A stretch of 64,000 nt of DNA from Pseudogymnoascus verrucosus (taxonomy: Eukaryota): assembly GCA_001662655.1 (NCBI GenBank), contig KV460222.1; one strand, written 5' to 3'. Positions 1-11,401 of the stretch are shown one piece after another. The notes under the pieces were generated by a model. The model was not told where the DNA came from, did no database searches, and saw only the letters and a list, made by a program, of their open reading frames with translations. The first letter of the stretch is position 1; every line of letters starts with the position of its first letter. The translations under genes were made by a program, and so were the position numbers.

Positions 1-16
1 TAATCGTCTGTTGTAG

Positions 17-1404
17 TTGGGATTTGTTATTCCCCTAGGAGCGAAACCTGCGCAATGCGCCAACAGCATTACGCCCCATGGTATGGAGAGTAGCATAACA
101 TGCGCACTATCTGGTGCATTTCTTTTGGCCGGTGGTTGGTGCGGCATCATGTGGGTGTTTATGCGTGCCCTTGCGCTGCACTTGCAAATATGTTGGCAAG
201 TTGTTATTGGAAGAGCCTGTAAGTTGAACCTCTGACTAGAACAAGGGTATAAATAGCTGACGTAGATGGCTCTTAGTTATGTGGGGTGCTTTAGCTGGAG
301 GCTGGGGTGTTCCTGCTATTGCTCTTACTATTGCTATGGTATTCAGCGGAGTTTCTTTTCGCTTTGGAGGTATGCCTGACAAACTATGGTCCTCATCTGC
401 CTATGCTAACCAAGTTTAGAAACATGCTATATTAACTATAGGAACAGCCTTGCGGATTTTTGGATTCCGCTTCTGACATTTAGTGGCTTAACTGTCATCA
501 TCCAGTTTACTACGTTTGGATACTGCATAAAGGTCTATTGGGTCTCTCTTTCTGATAGCTGCAATACCACCAACAGCTCTGCGCTTCCGTCGTATTTGAA
601 TGATGTCGTTTCCCTCACTCCACGACAAGCCTACCGCCGAATTCAACGAATTGTGGAACTTCAATGGAGGGGCATCGCAGTTGTCATCATCATCATAGTT
701 GATGTCATGTTCTTTGCGGTTGTCTCGACAATGCACAATAACCAAATTAAGGCAGCAGATGTCTCGATGGTCACTGGTGAACCTGCTAAACTAGGAGAGC
801 CACTAGACCCATCCGTGGATTGGCTTTTGTGCTTGGTGACTAACAAGGGCGACAAAGACCCTTGCTTAGATAAATCCGCCAAGCTGATTATGAATCAGGC
901 CATAATTACCGCTGTACTTGTTCTTCTCTCTGTAAGTCTCCTTCTGTTGTTAGTAGGTGTGAGGTGTAGTGCTGACAATCCTAGTGCAACGGCATTTGGT
1001 TATTGCTTCTCATGTCTCGCGTCTCCATGTTCACGGGCTGGTACTACTTGGCTAAGCCAGAAGCCAAACCTAGTGTCGAGTTTATAAGTGCAGATTCTGC
1101 CAGAGCTTACAGTAAGGATCCTAGAACTTACGAGATGCTTGCCTCAAATGGCCGAGATGTGGACAACCCGTTGAGACCCGATCTTTCTGTAACAACCTTA
1201 ACTCCAGCCGTCATTTCTCTAACAGGGAGATCCGGGAGGCAAATGCCTGATTATTTCAGCTGCGAAGCCAAATATCAAAGTCCCACGCATTCATTTTCGT
1301 CACTGAGACCACCACCGGGCGGCAGAGATTGGAATGCTGCTGCAACACACGCACCGTCAGCGCACCGGGGCCACGTCGATCGGTTGAGCATTAACAAATG
1401 TTAG
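17..1404 (+). CDS. Fungal GPCR-like 7TM protein, 5'-partial, multi-exon
   Basis: Spliced exons read through hydrophobic helices: CALSGAFLLAGGW, LALHLQICW, WGALAGGWGVP, SLADFWIPLL, LQWRGIAVVIII. Introns at ~219-277, ~370-419 and ~932-984 have GT donors and CTAAC/CTGAC branch points. A Ser/Pro-rich tail ends at TAG 1402-1404. Confidence 0.7.
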
Positions 1405-2254
1405 GGTTCCAATAACAACACTGCCTTGTCTATAATTCACAAATGATCATAATGCTGGGATAGCACAACAGGTAGCCTTGTCCAATTGATTCCAGCCTCA
1501 CCACATGTTTCTCACATAGAGTATTTCCAGCTATCGACTTGCGCAATACCATCACTCGCTCAGCACATCTTCTTCTCTAAGTCTTCCACAATATCACAGG
1601 ACCATTTCAACTCCCTCATCAGACCTCACCGACTTCCTCAACAAGCTGTAGCAGATAACGGATCATCCTTCGCCATGTTATATTTCTGTGGTAGTAGTGG
1701 TTTACTTACGCGTGGTGGTGGCACTTTGCGGAAGAAAATTGAGGTGTATGGTCAACAGCTGGTATCACCGGGATGGTGACCAGCAAATTGCTGCTCTTTC
1801 CAAAATCGTAAGCCATTTATCTCTGCCGGCTTATTACCACTGTGAACACTCGCGATCAGGATTCGCGGCCCGCCAACTCAGTGACTGGCCGCGAATTCTG
1901 ATTAACACAGGCCCCTCAGTTCAAGGAGGGGCCGCGAATCCATGGATCCACCCAATATATGTAGTTCTGGCAGCGGATTGCGTACAACTGGGTGAACTCA
2001 TGGTTGATGGTTTTCCAACATAGTTTATACAATCGTCCTAGGTGTCGGTGCAGGAGTCGCGGGACCTCAGTCAAGTGCTTGCTTACTTGTTTATTGAGCA
2101 GTGCAGCCTTTCCAGCTGTTAAAATACTCATTGATATAGGTTCTCCCCCTGCTGCCTTGCTTCTGGTCCTCACGTGAGCATACAAAAGCCTGGTCTCGCT
2201 CTCAGCCAGACGGGCCTGGACTACTCGCAGTTAGCCTACCCTTGCAAACAGAGC

Positions 2255-3129
2255 GGTGACGATCAAGACGGCTGGACTCTGAAAGGGACTGCTTCACCAC
2301 TTGAGCTGGTCCTTCGAAAAGGAAACGTTGGACACAACTATCCACAGGCGGAGACATGATTCCGTCGACGACAAGAGAATGAATGGCCACTTACCAGGAC
2401 CAACTACACACCCTTCTATCTGACAGCTGACTTGAATCCAACAAGCCAGAACAAAATATGTTGGATAAGAAAAACTTACAGAGCCCTTGGCAAGGGAAGG
2501 CCTTGTAACATGTTGAGCTTTACGTCGGTGCCTTTCGATTTGGAAACGGAGATCACTGGACATATCGTGGCACACCTTAATATATTCTCTAGTAGAGATT
2601 ACTTTGGGAGTTCTCCGTCAGATATAGACATATTCATCATACTGCACCATTTATCACCACCAGGAGAGGAAACATGCTACACAGGATCCACTGGTGAGCC
2701 TGTTCCTGTGACCAAGGGTTGACTTCGAGTCCCACTACGCAAAACCAAATCCCAGAACCCCCGTCATCGTTCCTGGTTGCCACGTCGCGAGTTTTATTCT
2801 ACGGATATTCTGCTTGTGTTTGTTGCAAACGAAGTTTACCCCGTTGAAGTGGAATTTTGGCCAACAAATGTGATTGTTAAATCTGGTGGGATGCTGGTCT
2901 TATAGGTGAGCTCAGGAGAAACTTCAGGTACTGGGACATTTTGGGGCCACGGTGATCTTATTGATCGGTATGTTCTCTATATGCATAGTGATCTTCATCT
3001 ACACCTTACGATGGCTGTCTTTCCTAACTTTTCGATAGGTCGGATGACGTCTTCAGTGGCCAGAACCACGTTCATTTCGGCCCAAATTATTATAATTGCG
3101 TTACTTTACCCATAATTCCTCCCGAGTAG
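2255..3129 (+). pseudogene. CocE/NonD (PepX-like) hydrolase, C-terminal remnant
   Basis: One frame reads ENEWPLTRTNYTPFYL...ETEITGHIVAHL...GEPVPVTKG*LRV...EVEFWPTNVIV...VTLPIIPPE. In-frame stops at 2357-2359, 2720-2722 and 2903-2905. No N-terminal catalytic domain is recognisable upstream. Confidence 0.75.
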
Positions 3130-3583
3130 TTCAGTTTTCATCCGAACAATAGTTTGCGTCATTTACTACGCAAAATATTACTATCCTGGTGTTTTGTACA
3201 TGGAAAAGATTAGACTGGACATCCGACTGTAGCGCCCGCCCCTTTTATTTACAGAAACGTTTTGTCTTGGGATTGGTACCGGTAGAACTTATCTGCCTAC
3301 TTCAGTGGCTAGATCAATTATGAATCAAAGGGTAATGATTGGGACTTGTTGTTGGAGGTTACTATGCCGGATATTCATGCAGTTGAATATCAGCAAACTC
3401 AGCGTTTGGAGGTCACCAGCATGTCCATGGCAACCCCAAATCCCCCGCCTGGTTGATTGTCATGGCCCCCCACCTGCGTAGCCAAATTGACCACTGTAGA
3501 GTTTGGTAGCAGAGGAGGAGGTGGTGGTGGTGAAATGCCTGAGACAAGTGGGATGGTATTAGCGCCAGCTTTACCAATAAACT

Positions 3584-3680
3584 TGTTCCAGCCCAACCGT
3601 GAGTTTTGCCCGCTCATGATCATGATCAGGCTCAACTGTGATGATCATGAGCGGGCAAAACTCACGGTTGAGCCGGAACA
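3584..3680. repeat. Long inverted repeat: 40 bp arms (30 bp perfect core), 17 nt loop
   Basis: 3594-3623 CAACCGTGAGTTTTGCCCGCTCATGATCAT is the exact reverse complement of 3641-3670. The match extends 10 bp outward with 2 mismatches. Confidence 0.95.
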
Positions 3681-3684
3681 TGTG

Positions 3685-3856
3685 TAACTCTTTGAAAGAT
3701 AATAGAACCTTCACATGAATACTTATCCTATAGGTGATAGGTGAAGTGGCGATGGTGGACAACAAATCTAGATGGGAGAAGGAAGGACCAGAACTAGTGC
3801 ACTCCTTGGTCTACGTCTTCTCCCAAGTCCGAACTCCGAATGCCGAACAGTAGCGA
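3685..3856 (+). repeat. Dispersed ~170 bp repeat, copy 1 (paralogous to 10990-11163)
   Basis: Shared blocks in the same order: AATAGAACCTTCACA, CTTATCCTATAG, GGGAGAAGGAA, GACCAGAACTAGTGCACT, CCTTGGTCTACGTCTTCTCC, TCCGAATGCCG, ACAGTAG. Confidence 0.9.
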
Positions 3857-4416
3857 CGCCGATGTTGAAAACGAAACCAAGGTGCCTGCGTAACGCCTAC
3901 CGAGACAAGACATCTCAATAGGGGCCTATCCAGGCAGATTTTTCCAATTAAGTGAGCCCACATCTCTACTCTGAACAGTAAATGGTTTTCTTTATATTTC
4001 CGTAGCACAGCAGCTACTACTTGTCACAAGCGAGCGCACGTGCAGACAAGAATCAGACGCGTGACTGCTATGCCGCATCATTCAAGAAAGAGGGAACCTA
4101 TAACGAGATGCTGGTACAAGCAGGAAGGGAGCCATGACCTCGGGGTGTTGTCTAGCAAATGCACATATTTATTAGCTCCTCCATAAGCTCCCAAACTAGC
4201 TCTCTCTAAAACCACTGGGCATCCAATTGATAGTGACAATTTATTGTACGACTGATACACTAATGAGGTCGAACCAAGGGTAGAATGGGTCTTTGGCTCT
4301 GCCATCGCCGAATTCGGTACCGAATCGGAGAAAGGGTTTTCCCATCAAACACCCTCCCGCTGCTCTAAACTCTCTGGCTGCAAATGGGCAACTGCGGCAA
4401 CTGCAGGGGTTCAATT

Positions 4417-4594
4417 TGTGGAATGAGAACAGGAGGCCAAGACTTTGTTTGCCNNNNNNNNNNNNNNNNNNNNNNNNNNNNNNNNNNNNNNNNNNNNNNN
4501 NNNNNNNNNNNNNNNNNNNNNNNNNNNNNNNNNNNNNNNNNNNNNNNNNNNNNNNNNGGCAAACAAAGTCTTGGCCTCCTATTCTCATTCCACA
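4417..4594. repeat. 37 bp inverted repeat directly flanking an assembly gap (N at 4454-4557)
   Basis: 4417-4453 TGTGGAATGAGAACAGGAGGCCAAGACTTTGTTTGCC matches the reverse complement of 4558-4594 with one mismatch. Confidence 0.9.
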
Positions 4595-5009
4595 CATTTC
4601 CCAATACCACTCACCTTAGCGAAGACTTCCTTGAACCCCTCCATCTCCCTACCATCAGCACCTTTGTAGATTCTAACTCCAAAGTGTTCCAAACCTTTCT
4701 GTGTAGACGAATTGCAACTCCCATATTTAGAGTCAGTAGAGGTTATAAATTACAGAGTCAAACAGCTGTTGTCACTGATCACTTCCGAGCTCAACCTAAA
4801 AATGCGTCGCGAGTCGGCTTCTACAGATATTCTTTCCCGCTAACCGCTTTGAGTATTCAATGTGACTTTACGTTTGCCTCGGTGAATGAAATTTGGCCGA
4901 CACAACCACCCCCCCCCCAAACAAGATTCGCCGTTTAATTCACACCTTCTGAGTACCACCTTCAATATCCGAAGAATTTCTACATGCGAAGTAAAAAGTT
5001 GGATATAAC

Positions 5010-6334
5010 ATGGCTAAAGGTGCTTTGCTAGCCTTATCAGCGCTATTAGCTCTCTGTGTTGCCACTCTATGGAAACCATTGTTGCGTCGAGCAACGGTGC
5101 TTGGATTTCTCAGGTCCCAAGAAGAGTTTCGGAACATCCATGGAGATATAGCGCCTCTCAAAATTTCAAATACAGTTCACTGTGAAGATCTGCACTACCA
5201 TGCTGAGTCTGGAAAGCTATATACAGCGTGCGAGGGTGTTGAACATACAAGACGCCACTGGTTTCCACCTTTAGGCCATACCGACAGACATGACCATGAT
5301 GGCCAAGGGATGATTGTGGTGGTTGATCCAATAGTGGGTATTCCAGACATGTAGTATATTCGATTGCTCTAACATCACAGACATTGGAAGCCACTGAACT
5401 CGCCCTGACTGGGTTCACGGGGCATTTTGTCACGCATGGAATTGACATTTTTCCTAGCGAAGATGGGCGAACAATGACAATATTTGCTGTCAACCACTTA
5501 CCAAACCCAGAGTACGGCGAATCGCAAAACGAAAGCGTCTCACTACAGAAAGCTCGCTCTCAGATCGAGGTTTTCAGCCATACCATCAACAGCGACACCG
5601 CTGTCTGGATTGGATCAATCAGACATGCTCGGATTCGAACTCCTAATGACATTTTTGCGACCAGCCCAACGTCTTTCTACGTCACAAATGATCATTACTA
5701 TCGTGATGGACGAATGCGCTTCGTTGAGGATCTGCTTGAATACAACACTGGAGCCTGGTCAGACGTTTTACATGTGGATTTCGCGACCGACACTGTGGAT
5801 GCTCTAACTGAAGTAACAGTCACCAACGGTCTGGCCAAGGTCCACAACCCAAACGGCTTGGGCCATACGACTCGTCCTGATGAAGTTCTCCTTAGTGATG
5901 CCAGTGGTGGTGACCTGCTCGTCATGGGAAGGGATCTTGCCAACAACACCTCAAAAGCACTTACCCTTCGCTCTCGCATTCAACTCGACAGCACGATTGA
6001 CAATCCCAGCTACTACTACGATCTATATGCAACCGCTGGGAACAATGCAAGCGGATATGTCCTTGCGGGACTACCATTTGCCCACACCCTTGGGCAAGCC
6101 GCCAGAACTGTCGACGTACCAATACCGACAATGGTTTGGCACGTTCGAGAAAACGCTATAGGCAACCATGACATAATGATGATATTCCAGGATGATGGAA
6201 AGTTGTTGAGAAGTGCTAGCACGGCAGTATTGGTGGGTATTAATCCCGCCTCCAATGGCGGAAAAAAGCAGGCTTGGCTGTTTGTCACGGGTTATGTATC
6301 TGAGGCAATGGTTGTCGCCAGGGTGAATTTGTAG
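5010..6334 (+). CDS. Paraoxonase/arylesterase-family beta-propeller lactonase
   Basis: N-terminal hydrophobic anchor, then HCEDL, FVTHGIDIF, IFAVNH, RTPNDI, FYVTNDHYY, NPNGLG, TIDNPSY. Intron 5334-5380 (GTGGGT...CTAAC...CAG) joins ORFs 5010 and 5384. Confidence 0.88.
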
Positions 6335-7485
6335 ATGTTATAACATGCCGGCATTGCATGACAGAAGGGGCCAAGGTGGCGATTGGCGTTTTGGAATATG
6401 CACAGATCACTGTGTCGACAAATCAAATCAAAGTTATCAATGCTCGCTATGTAGTCCTGAATTGTCGTCTCGTCAACAAGAATGCAATCACTAAAACGCA
6501 TATAATGGAGATTTGCTCCCACCCAGATGGTTGCGGAGCAGTCTACCGAGGGCCGCATTAAGGCCACACCCCATGAGTCAGATTCAAGAGCATTTAAAGG
6601 TCTAATACTGAGGAACAGACTCATCTACAGGAAGCCTCATTTCAGCCCTCCAACATTACCCTCGACTTGACCCCCAGCGTGGGCCTTGTGGAGGGAGGCA
6701 AGTAGCGGCGAGATGTTTCGCCTGCTACTAGTATCGTCCAGGGACCTGATCAATCGTTGCCGCCGGAGTTTCAATGGAATGCCTGGCCACACTAATTCCG
6801 AAGGGAGAGAAGGATGATATCGCAGGGGGGTGGAGGTGGACTGGCAGGTGTCAATATAGCTCCACTTCTTTCCCCGTCTTTCGCGGTGATGTTGACATAT
6901 ATATACTCTCGACACTCTAGCGTTGATACCGGCTTTGGATAGAATATAAGCGCTGCATTTTTTTAGATATATAATTATTAAAGCTTTTGAATGGCACATT
7001 TGAGCACACTTGCATTCATCTCCTCTGTTCATAGTAGGTTTAGGGATGGTGGTTGGGATGGATGACCGTCAAAAAGGATGCGACATGCAGCTTCGGAGGG
7101 GATGGTGTAGACGTAGGCACGAGGTTGCAATGTGATTTCCGAGCGCGAACCAACTTGTAGAATTCTATGGTGCTGCGGCCTTTACTTATGCTGTTGCCCG
7201 TAAGCTACTCTACCGTACGAAACTACACCCGTACGCCGAAGGTTACAGCAAAGCCTTCGAAAGTCACGTGTAGATTCCCTAGAGCATCAAAGGTAAGCTA
7301 GTGCAGGCTTTAGGCCATTATAGTACTAGCGCACCCCAGAATTTCGCCAAAACACTAATTTCTCGGCTGTTGCTTTAGCGGGGAGCTAGATGTTATTTAG
7401 CTCCCCCCACACACTACAAATAACCCCCCCCCCCCCCGACTTAGATTTGCGAGTAAGTTTATGCCTTCACTTGATGTCTATGGGC

Positions 7486-8929
7486 ATGGCCGCAAACAAA
7501 GGCCCAACATGTGGTGAGTATGCCTTCTGTATTCATCGCGAGGCCTACATACTAACCTCTTGTTCTAGTCGTTGTTATAGGGCTCTCCGTGGGATTGGCA
7601 TGGGTCTTCTTCGCACTGCGATTGTGTGAGAGGACCTTTATTAGTAGATGCTGGGCGGCAGAGGACTTGTTGCTTGTAGCCGCTGTAGTAAGTTCACACT
7701 CTCACTAACACCTGCACCAGTACATAACGTTCGTCTAGTTACTTTTCACCACTTATTCCACATGTGCAACACTGTCTGTAAAGTACGGCACTGGGAGGCA
7801 TAATGTGGATATTGAAGCTGCGGATCTTCCCAAGGCACTTTATCTTTGGTTCCTGTGCGAGTAAGAGCCCGTAGAGACAAGCGTTCTCTCACTATTTATC
7901 CTAACTCGGCTACTACTAATGCGACGTCTAGAATTTTATATATTTTAACGACTGTTTTTGTGCGACTATCGATTTCTGTATTCCTTTTAAGGATATGCTT
8001 GCAACGTAAATACAAGGTCATAATATATGGAACCATGGCGATGGTTATGGCCTTCTCGACCTTTTATCTTTTTCTTCTTATATTCCGATGCTCACCTGTC
8101 AACTTCTTTTGGGACCGTAAGACTCTCCTATCTCTGCAGTTAAATTAAGCGGCTTAGGACATAGCAGGGCATACATTTACTTCTTTAACACTACTACCTT
8201 GTCCGTACCCAGGCTATACATAACTAATAGATATGCTATCTAGAATATAAAGGGGAGTCTGGGAGCTGTTTGAGCGCAGCCATTATATCAGACGCTACTA
8301 TCGCTCATTCCGTTGTTTCCTTTACAGCAGATTGGATATTGGCAATATTGCCTATGGCCCTAATTTGGAATCTTCAGTTAAACCGGCTCACTAAAGTTTC
8401 CATTGCTGCTATTCTTGCTTTGGGTCTTCTGTCAGTTATTCACCAAATTCTGTTGTGTTTTCTAGTTCATCCTAACCCAAAACGCAGAGCCGGAGTATCA
8501 ACTATGGTTCGCATCCGTTATATCAAATATTCTACTATCACTGACAACTTCCTCTTCGAAACCGCGTATGGCTCCTTTGGCCCCTTGCAATATTCTCTTT
8601 GCTAATCCCCTATGCTAAGTGGAGTTGCTATCTGGTCCACCGTCGAGGCCAGCCTCGGAATTATCGCCGCTTCTGCCTACACGCTCCGCCCGCTCCTCCG
8701 TGCCCTCTTCCCCGTCTTTCATTCACAAAGGTGCTCTTCACAAACCCGAGGCAATCAGAATATCGAAATGTGTTTGCCTGCAAGAACGGTTGCGGCTGAT
8801 GGCTCCCGCAGTGAGCTGAACGGCTCAGATGATTTGAACCAGCAGGGCTGTGGGACAATCGGTGAGAGCAGTAATGATAGAGATAGTGGGATTAGTGTAC
8901 TTAAGTCCTTTGAGGTCAATACAAACTAG
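7486..8929 (+). CDS. PTH11-like (rhodopsin-domain) integral membrane protein without CFEM domain, ~7 exons
   Basis: Exons give FFALRL...AEDLLL, YGTGRH, LWFLCE/ILY, VRLSISVFLLRI, CSPVNFFWD, ADWILAILPMALIWNLQL, IWSTVEASLGIIAAS. The start codon is approximate. Confidence 0.8.
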
Positions 8930-9191
8930 GGCGAAGAGGAATATAATGCGTCTTACTTGCAGTAATGGCTAGAATCTCCGGGGTTGGAGAGTACAAGGAA
9001 TTCCCGTCTTGTGGCTCCGATTTAAATTAGTAGTTGTCAGATGGGGTATTGCACGCATATCCTGGATATTTGTTCTCTAACTACGTGCTACCAACATCTG
9101 CATTCTTCTCATATATAGCGAGTTCATATGCTTGCAGATACTTCTCGAATTGGGGCGTGATGTTTAAATCTGGCGGGCCTGCTCCAATTCT

Positions 9192-9252
9192 AACGACGAC
9201 ATTTGCGTATTGTGACATTTGCGTATCATCACAATACGCAAATGTCGTCGTT
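9192..9252. repeat. Perfect 24 bp inverted repeat, 13 nt loop
   Basis: 9192-9215 AACGACGACATTTGCGTATTGTGA is the exact reverse complement of 9229-9252. Confidence 0.95.
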
Positions 9253-9682
9253 CACCGAAAGAATGCTCCTCAATGACGTAGTCGTCTCTATACCCTTGAT
9301 AGGCGAATCCTGTGGACTCGATGAAGTATTTCTCATGTTGGAAGAGTAAAAAAGTACCCTTGTTTCAACCATGTTTTGAGTCGATCCATTATGGATATGA
9401 CACTTGCTTTTCGAGCTCCATATCTTGTACCAGACTCAGCAACACTATTAGCAAGTATCTATAGGGGCATCTTGAAACTCTTGAGGATATCATACTGAAA
9501 TACATGGATAATAATTACATTGCAGAACTAAGGTAGGAGCCTCTCTTTCTATACATACAATAGGTCCTAATAGAGTGGCTGGGGAAAACCTAATTTGACC
9601 AAGGTAACCCTAATCTTGGTATCTCTCAACAATGACCTCGAATACATTGTGATCTGACAACCTTCTGGCTACGCACGGCAGC

Positions 9683-10891
9683 TTAGAGAATGTCTGCTAC
9701 ATAATCGAATATCACCTGATGTAATCTTGAGGACGAACCCGTATGGCAATGGGTACTAGCGCCCTCCTCTGCTGTTAATGCAAAAAAAGTGGTTTTGCAA
9801 ACCACGTTCTTCTCCAGTGCCGCCGGTTGACCCTTTAGGAAGTGGTCGTCTGGCGCATCCAATATCAGAGCTGGCGTTTTGATCTCACCTGCGCTCCCTT
9901 CAAGCGTATAGGTCATGACTTGGCGCAAGAAGTCAGCTTCAGATGCCGCACCAAAGGTCCACTTTCCGTTGAGGAGGCCCCATTTTGTGCCGGTTGATGT
10001 CCGCATCACCAGCCTAAGTATAGCATTTGCTGCGGCATCCCAGTGATGGCGAATCAAATATTTCACGAAGCCTGGTGTCTGACTGCGGAATGGGTGGCCA
10101 AAATCGAATACTCCATCATCAAGAATCAATGCTGCGGCACGATGCTCCTTTGTTGCAGCTTTCGCGACCAAATAGCCACCCATACTCCAGCCGAAGATGA
10201 CAAGTTTTTCAGGTGCCACATCCGCCCTGCTTAGGGCGTAGTCCACAACCGGCGTCACCACGCTCTCCCAATCCGGTCGGAAGAATAGTCGCCTCTCCCT
10301 AATTACCATTCCTTGCCCTGGGCCATCAAAAATCAGCACGTTAAACCCTCGCTGCAGGGCTGGCAAAGCGATGGCGAACCAGGCCTCCTCCTTCGTGCTG
10401 TCAAAGCCACCATTAAAGATGATAGTAGCCCGCGGCACCGATTTCTGGTCTGGACGCATAAAGTACCCTGGGAGCGTCGTCCCTTCGTATGGAATATCAA
10501 CCTCTTCAAAGTAATAGTCTACCAATTTCATAGCTGAAACAAAGGTATCTACCGATTTCTGATATAGTGTATGTGCTAACTCATCGTTGAATGGATCCTC
10601 ACGTCGGAAGAACTCCGCAGTGCGATAGTAGTTTGATGCTCGGAGGTATGCCTGCTGGGCGCTGATGGGGTTGCCCTTCTCAACACTTGTCTTTGCATTA
10701 GACACAGCCCGGTCTGCTGCGGCTTGCCACTCGCGTAGCCAGCGGTCTTCGTTGCCCGATGGGATCCGAGAGCAGATGGCAATGATTTCACTTATGTCAG
10801 CACCACCGTAATTGCTGTATCCTGCAGCTCGAAGCGCTTCGTAGCCGAACGTTGGGTTGCGGGGAAAGAAGTGGTGCAGGAGCAGAGACAT
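9683..10891 (-). CDS. Alpha/beta hydrolase (2,6-dihydropseudooxynicotine hydrolase / FrsA-like)
   Basis: Intronless ORF with YLRASNYYRTAEF, IPYEGTTLPGYF, GGFDST, FDGPGQG, nucleophile elbow GWSMGG and C-terminal EGASTHCH. Likely ATG at 10891. Confidence 0.88.
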   Translation of the reverse strand: MSLLLHHFFPRNPTFGYEALRAAGYSNYGGADISEIIAICSRIPSGNEDRWLREWQAAADRAVSNAKTSVEKGNPISAQQAYLRASNYYRTAEFFRREDPFNDELAHTLYQKSVDTFVSAMKLVDYYFEEVDIPYEGTTLPGYFMRPDQKSVPRATIIFNGGFDSTKEEAWFAIALPALQRGFNVLIFDGPGQGMVIRERRLFFRPDWESVVTPVVDYALSRADVAPEKLVIFGWSMGGYLVAKAATKEHRAAALILDDGVFDFGHPFRSQTPGFVKYLIRHHWDAAANAILRLVMRTSTGTKWGLLNGKWTFGAASEADFLRQVMTYTLEGSAGEIKTPALILDAPDDHFLKGQPAALEKNVVCKTTFFALTAEEGASTHCHTGSSSRLHQVIFDYVADIL

Positions 10892-10989
10892 GATTTCAAA
10901 GTATTGCTTGACGATTGCGTTGCGTGGCCCTATGGGGGATGGGGACGTGGGAACTATTTGGAAAAGAATAACCGGTACACACATATATA

Positions 10990-11163
10990 TAACACTTTGA
11001 ATGGCAATAGAACCTTCACACTTATCCTATAGCTGTAAGGTGGTCCTAGAAGTGGCAACGGTGGGTAACGAATCTAGCCGGGAGAAGGAAAGACCAGAAC
11101 TAGTGCACTTCCTTGGTCTACGTCTTCTCCGAAGTCCGAAGTCCGAATGCCGCACAGTAGTGA
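10990..11163 (+). repeat. Dispersed ~170 bp repeat, copy 2, inside the divergent hydrolase/reductase promoter
   Basis: Aligns by eye with 3685-3856. Starts next to TATATAT (~10984-10990) and contains TCCGAAGTCCGAAGTCCGAATGCCG. Confidence 0.9.
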
Positions 11164-11401
11164 GACTAAATCCCGAAGGGTCGCTTCTGCCACCAAGCCG
11201 AACAACCAACTCTACCTCTCCTGCGCTCCGAAGAAAGTCGAACAAGTATCGATAAACCACATGTGATCAGTTCTGATGATTAGCTCCGAGGCAGCGAAAT
11301 TGTGGGGCTAGTCGGCTAAACGGACCGCCCGCTGGTTTAACGTGATCCTGGTCTCCTGTCACTCCAAGTTTAAGTTTTGCCTTAAACTGGTCCCTAAGTC
11401 A

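Noticed and set aside
9605..9613. Telomere-like TAACCCTAA
   Set aside because: Only 1.5 units, expected by chance.
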